DNA of 64,000 nucleotides, taken from Nemertoderma westbladi (Eukaryota; Animalia; Xenacoelomorpha). The notes beneath the pieces are model-generated. The model was not told the origin of the DNA. It saw only the letters and a program-made list of their open reading frames with translations, and did no database searches. Below, piece after piece: positions 24,284 through 36,369 of this stretch. The number at the start of each line of letters is the position of its first letter. Positions within the stretch are counted from its first letter, which is position 1. The stretch lies in the NCBI GenBank assembly GCA_032718475.1, contig JAUCBJ010008230.1:62001-126000 (forward strand), in the 5' to 3' direction. The position numbers and the translations under genes are program-made.

Positions 24284-27200
24284 TTAATATGTGTTACAAT
24301 AATTAACCTCAAATATCTTAGCTATTTCATGAACATAATGAAGTATTAAAGCCATGTCAAAATCCTAGTGGGTTTTTCAGCAATAATTTATCAAAATATC
24401 CTCTGATTTTTTTCAAAAACCACATAGATTTTCATATTTATAACTTCTAACCCAATCCACGAGATAGAGAATCTTAAACGAAAGTCACAAGAACAGGTAA
24501 CACTTTCATTTATAGAAGTAATCAGCTGTTATTTGCTTCGTCTTTCCACAGGAGATGGATGAATTTTGATTGCGTCGGAACACCCCCTTTTTGAGGCTCT
24601 CAGAGTGAAGAGATAAGTAGCCTATCTCCCTGTTAATATTGTTGTGTTCTAGAATATTTATTATAGTTTCATCGTATTGCCAAAGCGGCTGGAGCCGAAG
24701 TTAATATGTGATACAATAATTCACCTCAAATTTCTCAGCTAATTCATGAATATAATGAGTATTACAGCCATGTCAAAATCCTTGAGGTTTTTCAGCAATA
24801 ATTTATCAAAATATCCTCAGATTTTTTTCAAAAACCACCTCGATTTTCATATTTATAACTTCTAACCCAATCCACGAGATAGAGAATCTTAAACGAAAGT
24901 CATAAGAACAGGTAACACTATCATTTATAGAAGTAATCAGCTGTTATTTGCTTCGTCTTTCCACAGGAGATGGATGAAATTTGATTGCGTCGGAACACCC
25001 CTTTTTTGAGGCTCTCAGAGGGAAGAGATAAGTAGCCTATCTCCCTGTTAATATTGTTGTGTTCTAGAATATTTATTATAGTTTCATCGTATTGCCAAAG
25101 CGGCTGGAGCCGAAGTTAATATGTGATACAATAATTCACCTCAAATTTCTCAGCTAATTCATGAATATAATGAGTATTACAGCCATGTCAAAATCCTTGA
25201 GGTTTTTCAGCAATAATTTATCAAAATATCCTCTGATTTTTTTCAAAAACCACATCGATTGTCATATTTATAACTTCTAACCCACTCCACGAGATAGAGA
25301 ATCTTAAACGAAAGTCATAAGAACAGGTAACACTTTCATTTATAGAAGTAATCAGCTGTTCTTTGCTTCGTCTTTCCCCTGGAGATGGATGAATTTTGAT
25401 TGCGTCGGAACACCCCCTTTTTGAGGCTCTCAGAGTGAAGAGATAAGTAGCCTATCTCCCTGTTAATATTGTTGTGTTCTAGAATATTTATTATAGTTTC
25501 ATCGTATTGCCAAAGCGGCTGGAGCCGAAGTTAATATGTGATACAATAATTCACCTCAAATTTCTCAGCTAATTCATGAATATAATGAGTATTACAGCCA
25601 TGTCAAAATCCTTGAGGTTTTTCAGCAATAATTTATCAAAATATCCTCAGATTTTTTTCAAAAACCACCTCGATTTTCATATTTATAACTTCTAACCCAA
25701 TCCACGAGATAGAGAATCTTAAACCAAAGTCATAAGAACAGGTAACACTATCATTTATAGAAGTAATCAGCTGTTATTTGCTTCGTCTTTCCACAGGAGA
25801 TGGATGAAATTTGATTGCGTCGGAACACCCCTTTTTTGAGGCTCTCAGAGGGAAGAGATAAGTAGCCTATCTCCCTGTTAATATTGTTGTGTTCTAGAAT
25901 ATTTATTATAGTTTCATCGTATTGCCAAAGCGGCTGGAGCCGAAGTTAATATGTGATACAATAATTCACCTCAAATTTCTCAGCTAATTCATGAATATAA
26001 TGAGTATTACAGCCATGTCAAAATCCTTGAGGTTTTTCAGCAATAATTTATCAAAATATCCTCCGATTTTTTTCAAAAACCACCTCGATTTTCATATTTA
26101 TAACTTCTAACCCACTCCACGAGATAGAGAATCTTAAACGAAAGTCATAAGAACAGGTAACACTTACATTTATAGAAGTAATCAGCTGTTATTTGCTTTG
26201 TCTTTCCCCAGGAGATGGATGAATTTTGATTGCGTCGGAACACCCCCTTTCTGAGGCTCTCAGAGTGGAGAGATAAGTAGCCTATCTCCCTGTTAATATT
26301 GTTGTGTTCTAGAATATTTATTTATTATTATTATTATTTGCTTCGTGTTTCCACAGGAGATTGATGAAATTTGATTGCGTCGGAACACCCCCTATTTGAG
26401 GTTCTCAGTGTGAAGAGATAAGTAGCCTATCTCCCTGTTAATATTGTTGTGTTCTAGAATAATTATTATAGTTTCATCGTATTGCCAAAGCGGCTGGAGC
26501 CGAAGTTAATATGTAATGCAATAATTCACCTCAAATATCTCAGCTAGTTCATGAATATAATGAGTATTAAATCCTTGTCAAAATCCTTGGTGTTTTTCAG
26601 CAATAATTTATTAAAATCTCCTCTGATTTTTTACAAAAAACGACATCGATTTTCATATTCATGACTTCTAACCCACTCCAAGAGATAGACAATCTTAAAT
26701 GAAAGTCAAAAGAGCAGGTAACCCTTACATTTATAGAAGTAATCAGCTGTTCTTTGCTTCGTCTTTCCCCTGGAGATGGATGAATTTTGATTGCGTCGGA
26801 ACACCCCCTTTTTGAGGCTCTCAGAGGGAAGAGATAAGTAGCCTATCTCCCTGATAATATTGTTGTGTTCTAGAATATTTATTATAGTTTCATCGTATTG
26901 CCAAAGCGGCTGGAGCCGAAGTTAATATGTGATACAATAATTCACCTCAAATTTCTCAGCTAATTCATGAATATAATGAGTATTACAGCCATGTCAAAAT
27001 CCTTGAGGTTTTTCAGCAATAATTTATCAAAATATCCTCAGATTTTTTTCAAAAACCACCTCGATTTTCATATTTATAACTTCTAACCCAATCCACGAGA
27101 TAGAGAATCTTAAACGAAAGTCATAAGAACAGGTAACACTATCATTTATAGAAGTAATCAGCTGTTATTTGCTTCGTCTTTCCACAGGAGATGGATGAAA

Positions 27201-30200
27201 TTTGATTGCGTCGGAACACCCCTTTTTTGAGGCTCTCAGAGGGAAGAGATAAGTAGCCTATCTAACTGTTAATATTGTTGTGTTCTAGAATATTTATTAT
27301 AGTTTCATCGTATTGCCAAAGCGGCTGGAGCCGAAGTTAATATGTGATACAATAATTCACCTCAAATTTCTCAGCTAATTCATGAATATAATGAGTATTA
27401 CAGCCATGTCAAAATCCTTGAGGTTTTTCAGCAATAATTTATCAAAATATCCTCAGATTTTTTTCAAAAACCACCTCGATTTTCATATTTATAACTTCTA
27501 ACCCACTCCACGAGATAGAGAATCTTAAACAAAAGTCATAAGAACAGGTAACACTTACATTTATAGAAGTAATCATCTGTTATTTGCTTTGTCTTTCCCC
27601 AGGAGATGGATGAATTTTGATTGCGTCGGAACACCCCCTTTCTGAGGCTCTCAGAGTGGAGAGATAAGTAGCCTATCTCCCTGTTAATATTGTTGTGTTC
27701 TAGAATATTTATTTATTATTATTATTATTTGCTTCGTGTTTCCACAGGAGATTGATGAAATTTGATTGCGTCGGAACACCCCCTTTTTGAGGTTCTCAGA
27801 GTGAAGAGATAAGTAGCCTATCTCCCTGTTAATATTGTTGTGTTCTAGAATAATTATTATAGTTTCATCGTATTGCCAAAGCGGCTGGAGCCGAAGTTAA
27901 TATGTAATGCAATAATTCACCTCAAATATCTCAGCTAGTTCATGAATATAATGAGTATTAAATCCTTGTCAAAATCCTTGGTGTTTTTCAGCAATAATTT
28001 ATTAAAATCTCCTCTGATTTTTTACAAAAAACGACATCGATTTTCATATTCATGACTTCTAACCCACTCCAAGAGATAGACAATCTTAAATGAAAGTCAA
28101 AAGAGCAGGTAACCCTTACATTTATAGAAGTAATCAGCTGTTCTTTGCTTCGTCTTTCCCCTGGAGATGGATGAATTTTGATTGCGTCGGAACACCCCCT
28201 TTTTGAGGCTCTCAGAGGGAAGAGATAAGTAGCCTATCTCCCTGATAATATTGTTGTGTTCTAGAATATTTATTATAGTTTCATCGCATTGCCAAAGCGG
28301 CTGGAGCCGAAGTTAATATGTGATACAATAATTCACCTCAAATTTCTCAGCTAATTCATGAATATAATGAGTATTACAGCCATGTCAAAATCCTTGAGGT
28401 TTTTCAGCAATAATTTATCAAAATATCCTCAGATTTTTTTCAAAAACCACCTCGATTTTCATATTTATAACTTCTAACCCAATCCACGAGATAGAGAATC
28501 TTAAACGAAAGTCATAAGAACAGGTAACACTATCATTTATAGAAGTAATCAGCTGTTATTTGCTTCGTCTTTCCACAGGAGATGGATGAAATTTGATTGC
28601 GTCGGAACACCCCTTTTTTGAGGCTCTCAGAGGGAAGAGATAAGTAGCCTATCTAACTGTTAATATTGTTGTGTTCTAGAATATTTATTATAGTTTCATC
28701 GTATTGCCAAAGCGGCTGGAGCCGAAGTTAATATGTGATACAATAATTCACCTCAAATTTCTCAGCTAATTCATGAATATAATGAGTATTACAGCCATGT
28801 CAAAATCCTTGAGGTTTTTCAGCAATAATTATTTATCAAAATATCCTCAGATTTTTTTCAAAAACCACCTCGATTTTCATATTTATAACTTCTAACCCAC
28901 TCCACGAGATAGAGAATCTTAAACAAAAGTCATAAGAACAGGTAACACTTACATTTATAGAAGTAATCATCTGTTATTTGCTTTGTCTTTCCCCAGGAGA
29001 TGGATGAATTTTGATTGCGTCGGAACACCCCCTTTCTGAGGCTCTCAGAGTGGAGAGATAAGTAGCCTATCTCCCTGTTAATATTGTTGTGTTCTAGAAT
29101 ATTTATTTATTATTATTATTATTTGCTTCGTGTTTCCACAGGAGATTGATGAAATTTGATTGCGTCGGAACACCCCCTTTTTGAGGTTCTCAGAGTGAAG
29201 AGATAAGTAGCCTATCTCCCTGTTAATATTGTTGTGTTCTAGAATAATTATTATAGTTTCATCGTATTGCCAAAGCGGCTGGAGCCGAAGTTAATATGTA
29301 ATGCAATAATTCACCTCAAATATCTCAGCTAGTTCATGAATATAATGAGTATTAAATCCTTGTCAAAATCCTTGGTGTTTTTCAGCAATAATTTATTAAA
29401 ATCTCCTCTGATTTTTTACAAAAAACGACATCGATTTTCATATTCATGACTTCTAACCCACTCCAAGAGATAGACAATCTTAAATGAAAGTCAAAAGAGC
29501 AGGTAACCCTTACATTTATAGAAGTAATCAGCTGTTCTTTGCTTCGTCTTTCCCCTGGAGATGGATGAATTTTGATTGCGTCGGTACACCCCCTTTTTGA
29601 GGCTCTCAGAGTGAAGAGATAAGTAGCCTATCTCCCTGTTAATATTGTTGTGTTCTAGAATATTTATTATAGTTTCATCGTATTGCCAAAGCGGCTGGAG
29701 CCGAAGTTAATATGTGATACAATAATTCACCTCAAATTTCTCAGCTAATTCATGAATATAATGAGTATTAAAGCCATGTCAAAATCCTTGAGGTTTTTCA
29801 GCAATAATTTATCAAAATATCCTCTGATTTTTGTCAAAAACCACATCGATTTTCATATTTATAACTTCTAACCCAATCCACGAGATAGAGAATCTTAAAC
29901 GAAAGTCATAAGAACAAGTAACACTTTCATTTATAGAAGTAATCAGATGTTATTTGCTTCGTCTTTCCCCAGGAGATGGATGAATTTTGATTGCGTCGGA
30001 ACACCCCCTTTTTGAGGCTCTCAGAGGGAAGAGATAAGTAGCCTATCTCCCTGTTAATATTGTTGTGTTCTAGAATAATTATTATAGTTTCATCGTATTG
30101 CCAAAGCGGCTGGAGCCGAAGTTAATATGTGATACAATAATTCACCTCAAATTTCTCAGCTATTTCATGAATATAATGAGTATTAAAGCCATGTCAAAAT

Positions 30201-33200
30201 CCTTGGGGATTTTCAGCAATAATTTATCAAAATATCCTCTGATTTTTTTTCAAAAAGCACAACAATTTTCATATTTATAACTTCTAACCCCATCCACAAG
30301 ACAGAGAATCTTAAACGAAAGTCATAAGAACAGGTAACACTTTTATTTATAGAAGTAATCAGCTGTTATTTGCTTCGTCTTTCCACAGGAGATGGATGAA
30401 ATTTGATTGCGTCGGAACACCCCCTTTTTGAGGCTCTCAGAGGTAAGAGATAAGTAGCATATCTCCCTGTTAATATTGTTGTGTTCTAGAATAATTATTA
30501 TAGTTTCATCGTATTGCCAAAGCGGCTGGAGTCTAAGTTAATATGTGATACAATAATTCACCTCAAATTTCTCAGCTATTTCATGAATATAATGAGTATT
30601 AAATCCTTGTCAAAATCCTAGGGGGTTTTTCAGCAATAATTTATCAAAATATCCTCTGATTTTTTTTCAAAAACCACATCGATTTTCATATTTATAACTT
30701 CTAACCCAATCCACGAGATAGAGAATCTTAAACGAAAGTCACAAAAACAGGTAGCACTTTCATTTATAGAAGTAATCAGCTGTTATTTGCTTCGTCTTTC
30801 CACAGGAGATGGATGAAATTTGATTGCGTCGGAACACCCCCTTTTTGAGGCTCTCAGAGGGAAGAGATAAGTAGCCTATCTCCCTGTTAATATTGTTGTG
30901 TTCTAGAATAATTATTATAGTTTCATCGTATTGCCAAAGCGGCTGGAGCCGAAGTTAATATGTGATACAATAATTCACCTCAAATTTCTCAGCTATTTCA
31001 TGAACATAATGAGTATTAAAGCCATGTCAAAATCGTTGGGGATTTTCAGCAATAATTTATCAAAATATCTTCTGATTTTTTTCAAAAACCACATCGATTT
31101 TCATATTCATGACTTCTAACCCACTCCAAGAGATAGACAATCTTAAATGAAAGTCAAAAGAGCAGGTAACCCTTACATTTATAGAAGTAATCAGCTGTTC
31201 TTTGCTTCGTCTTTCCCCTGGAGATGGATGAATTTTGATTGCGTCGGAACACCCCATTTTTGAGGCTCTCAGAGGGAAGAGATAAGTAGCCTATCTCCCT
31301 GATAATATTGTTGTGTTCTAGAATATTTATTATAGTTTCATCGTATTGCCAAAGCGGCTGGAGCCGAAGTTAATATGTGATACAATAATTCACCTCAAAT
31401 TTCTCAGCTAATTCATGAATATAATGAGTATTACAGCCATGTCAAAATCCTTGAGGTTTTTCAGCAATAATTTATCAAAATATCCTCAGATTTTTTTCAA
31501 AAACCACCTCGATTTTCATATTTATAACTTCTAACCCACTCCACGAGATAGAGAATCTTAAACAAAAGTCATAAGAACAGGTAACACTTACATTTATAGA
31601 AGTAATCATCTGTTATTTGCTTTGTCTTTCCCCAGGAGATGGATGAATTTTGATTGCGTCGGAACACCCCCTTTCTGAGGCTCTCAGAGTGGAGAGATAA
31701 GTAGCCTATCTCCCTGTTAATATTGTTGTGTTCTAGAATATTTATTTATTATTATTATTATTTGCTTCGTGTTTCCACAGGAGATTGATGAAATTTGATT
31801 GCGTCGGAACACCCCCTTTTTGAGGTTCTCAGAGTGAAGAGATAAGTAGCCTATCTCCCTGTTAATATTGTTGTGTTCTAGAATAATTATTATAGTTTCA
31901 TCGTATTGCCAAAGCGGCTGGAGCCGAAGTTAATATGTAATGCAATAATTCACCTCAAATATCTCAGCTAGTTCATGAATATAATGAGTATTAAATCCTT
32001 GTCAAAATCCTTGGTGTTTTTCAGCAATAATTTATTAAAATCTCCTCTGATTTTTTACAAAAAACGACATCGATTTTCATATTCATGACTTCTAACCCAC
32101 TCCAAGAGATAGACAATCTTAAATGAAAGTCAAAAGAGCAGGTAACCCTTACATTTATAGAAGTAATCAGCTGTTCTTTGCTTCGTCTTTCCCCTGGAGA
32201 TGGATGAATTTTGATTGCGTCGGTACACCCCCTTTTTGAGGCTCTCAGAGTGAAGAGATAAGTAGCCTATCTCCCTGTTAATATTGTTGTGTTCTAGAAT
32301 ATTTATTATAGTTTCATCGTATTGCCAAAGCGGCTGGAGCCGAAGTTAATATGTGATACAATAATTCACCTCAAATTTCTCAGCTAATTCATGAATATAA
32401 TGAGTATTAAAGCCATGTCAAAATCCTTGAGGTTTTTCAGCAATAATTTATCAAAATATCCTCTGATTTTTGTCAAAAACCACATCGATTTTCATATTTA
32501 TAACTTCTAACCCAATCCACGAGATAGAGAATCTTAAACGAAAGTCATAAGAACAGGTAACACTTTCATTTATAGAAGTAATCAGATGTTATTTGCTTCG
32601 TCTTTCCACAGGAGATGGATGAAATTTGATTGCGTCGGAACACCCCCTTTTTGAGGCTCTCAGAGGGAAGAGATAAGTAGCCTATCTCCCTGTTAATATT
32701 GTTGTGTTCTAGAATAATTATTATAGTTTCATCGTATTGCCAAAGCGGCTGGAGCCGAAGTTAATATGTGATACAATAATTCACCTCAAATTTCTCAGCT
32801 ATTTCATGAATATAATGAGTATTAAAGCCATGTCAAAATCCTTGAGGTTTTTCAGCAATAATTTATCAAAATATCCTCTGATTTTTGTCAAAAACCACAT
32901 CGATTTTCATATTTATAACTTCTAACCCAATCCACGAGATAGAGAATCTTAAACGAAAGTCATAAGAACAGGTAACACTTTCATTTATAGAAGTAATCAG
33001 ATGTTATTTGCTTCGTCTTTCCACAGGAGATGGATGAAATTTGATTGCGTCGGAACACCCCCTTTTTGAGGCTCTCAGAGGGAAGAGATAAGTAGCCTAT
33101 CTCCCTGTTAATATTGTTGTGTTCTAGAATAATTATTATAGTTTCATCGTATTGCCAAAGCGGCTGGAGCCGAAGTTAATATGTGATACAATAATTCACC

Positions 33201-35031
33201 TCAAATTTCTCAGCTATTTCATGAATATAATGAGTATTAAAGCCATGTCAAAATCCTTGGGGATTTTCAGCAATAATTTATCAAAATATCCTCTGATTTT
33301 TTTTCAAAAACCACAACAATTTTCATATTTATAACTTCTAACCCCATCCACGAGACAGAGAATCTTAAACGAAAGTCATAAGAACAGGTAACACTTTTAT
33401 TTATAGAAGTAATCAGCTGTTATTTGCTTCGTCTTTCCACAGGAGATGGATGAAATTTGATTGCGTCGGAACTCCCCCTTTTTGAGGCTCTCAGAGGGAA
33501 GAGATAAGTAGCCTATCTCCCTGTTAATATTGTTGTGTTCTAGAATAATTATTATAGTTTCATCGTATTGCCAAAGCGGCTGGAGCCGAAGTTAATATGT
33601 GATACAATAATTCACCTCAAATTTCTCAGCTATTTCATGAATATAATGAGTATTAAAGCCATGTCAAAATCGTTGGGGATTTTCAGCAATAATTTATCAA
33701 CATATCTTCTGATTTTTTTTCAAAAACCACATCGATTTTCATATTTATAACTTCTAACCCACTCCACGAGATAGAGAATCTTAAACGAAATTAATATGTG
33801 ATACAATAATTAACCTCAAATATCTTAGCTATTTCATGAACATAATGAAGTATTAAGGCCATGTCAAAATCCTTGGGGTTTTTCAGCAATAATTTATCAA
33901 AATATCCTCTGATTTTTTTCAAAAACCACATCGATTGTCATATTTATAACTTCTAACCCACTCCACGAGATAGAGAATCTTAAACGAAAGTCATAAGAAC
34001 AGGTAACACTTTCATTTATAGAAGTAATCAGCTGTTCTTTGCTTCGTCTTTCCCCTGGAGATGGATGAATTTTGATTGCGTCGGAACACCCCCTTTTTGA
34101 GGCTCTCAGAGTGAAGAGATAAGTAGCCTATCTCCCTGTTAATATTGTTGTGTTCTAGAATATTTTTTATAGTTTCATCGTATTGCCAAAGCGGCTGGAG
34201 CCGAAGTTAATATGTGATACAATAATTCACCTCAAATTTCTCAGCTAATTCATGAATATAATGAGTATTAAAGCCATGTCAAAATCCTTGAGGTTTTTCA
34301 GCAATAATTTATCAAAATATTCTCTGATTTTTTTCAAAAACCACATCGATTTTCATATTTATAACTTCTAACCCAATCCACGAGATAGAGAATCTTAAAC
34401 GAAAGTCATAAGAACAGGTAACACTTTCATTTATAGAAGTAATCAGCTGTTATTTGCTTCGTCTTTCCACAGGAGATGGATGAAATTTGATTGCGTCGGA
34501 ACACCCCCTTTTTGAGGCTCTCAGAGGGAAGAGATAAGTAGCCTATCTCCCAGTTAATATTGTTGTGTTCTAGAATATTTATTATAGTTTCATCGTATTG
34601 ACAAAGCGGCTGGAGCCGAAGTTAATATGTGATACAATAATTCACCTCAAAATTCTCAGCTAATTCATGAATATAATGAGTATTAAAGCCATGTCAAAAT
34701 CCTTGAGGTTTTTCAGCAATAATTTATCAAAATATTCTCTGATTTTTTTCAAAAACCACATCGATTTTCATATTTATAACTTCTAACCCAATCCACGAGA
34801 TAGAGAATCTTAAACGAAAGTCATAAGAACAGGTAACACTTTCATTTACAGAAGTAATCAGCTGTTATTTGCTTCGTCTTTCCACAGGAGATGGATGAAA
34901 TTTGATTGCGTCAGAACACCCCCTTTTTGAGGCTCTCAGAGGGAAGAGATAAGTAGCCTATCTCCCTGTTAATATTTTTCTGTTGTAGAATATTTATTAT
35001 AGTTTCATCGTATTGTTAATGTGGCTGGAGT
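24284..35031. repeat. ~415-bp satellite array with a ~1390-bp higher-order repeat
   Basis: Monomer spacing 415-416; short-monomer junctions near 26313, 27703, 29100 and 31740. Confidence 0.97.
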
Positions 35032-35501
35032 TGTGACGGGATCCACGAAGGATCCCGATTTATCCGTTTGTCAATCTACGCGTCCCCGCCGTGTGTGAAA
35101 GGTAAAAGAGTTTGCATTGTTCGTCGTAACAATAGTATATGGAAGGCGGGAAACAGTGATTAAGTCCTGGTACTTCCCTAGCTAACCTAACTAACACTAA
35201 ATGGCACACTGACTAAATGATACATTGGTAACTGCTATTATATTGCACGGGTTGGCCTTGTTACAGTACCTAGTCGATGCTTCCCCCTTGATTGGCTAAT
35301 ATCCCTGTTGGTGCCCTTTGGAGTGTTTCCCTTTACTCCTGCTATTCTCTCTCGGTCAGGGGTATGGCTCCTGACCCTTATTGTGTGTTTCTCCTTCCCA
35401 CTTTGTTGGGGTGGCACGAGATTGGGTAACCAACCTCGTGGCCCCCAATATTGCTTAACGGTTTTCATTGTGGGCTGTTAGTGGAATTGAATACGCTAAC
35501 A
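35032..35501 (-). repeat. 3' LTR of element C (470 bp)
   Basis: TGTGAC...TAACA on +; aligns with 47237-47743; adjacent CTCCCCCC (35502-35509) is the purine tract on the minus strand. Confidence 0.93.
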
Positions 35502-36369
35502 CTCCCCCCATGCTATCTTCCCGGTAAGAAGATAGCATCCACCTAAAGTGCGCTACAATTCCGCTAGATCCCGATCTAATATCGGGCGTGGGGTGGTATT
35601 ATTTCTTCTCGGAGCCGGCTTTCCAGGCCGCTCCCTATGGGTATGATAATGCTACCTGGCATCCCATGTCGGGCCGATCGTGCGCTCCTCTCACATGACT
35701 TTTGTTTCCCCAACACTTTCGCCACTTCAACTCCACTCTGTTCTCACCCTGACTCTCCTCTACTTCTCTTCTCTTTCACTCTAGCTCTCAGACTTCCCTG
35801 TCCCTTACTCAGCCTCTTATCTTCCCCCCCCCCCACACTTGAATTGTATCCGCACTCTCTCCGCACTCCGCACTATTACTCCGTCTTTCGATCCCCCTCT
35901 GGCTAACCTACTCATCTCTGACGAGTCTCCTGTGCCGTCGCACTCAGGAAATGTGAAGTCGTCTAGTGCCTCGTTCGTCATAGTCAGTCCTCCCCGGTCC
36001 AGTAGCTAATTGGAAAAGGTTATACGACTATAGTACTTACTTCGAATGTATATTCTCGTAGATTACTGATTACTACGTACGTACATACAAATTGCACTTA
36101 TTTGATTATTTAGATTACTTGAATTTGTACTTAATAGTTCGCACGTCTCATGTGGCGCCTTCCAGGCGTACCACATCAAAGTCTCAGTTTTTCCCTCCTG
36201 GCTTTGGGAACCACCTCAAGTCTTTCCCTTTGCCGTCCTCCTCCCTGGGTTGTTTCTTGGTCACCACCGCTCCTCTGGGATCCGCTTTCTGTCTTCGGAC
36301 TTTCGCCGCCACCTCCTTACTGATTCCGGTCGTTGGTTCCTTGGGCGCTGGTGTTATCAGTGCCCGATA

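Noticed and set aside
35915-35960. Hammerhead ribozyme cores (CTGACGA here, CTGATGA at ~2555)
   Set aside because: No properly closed stem II followed by GAAA, and no stems I/III found by eye.
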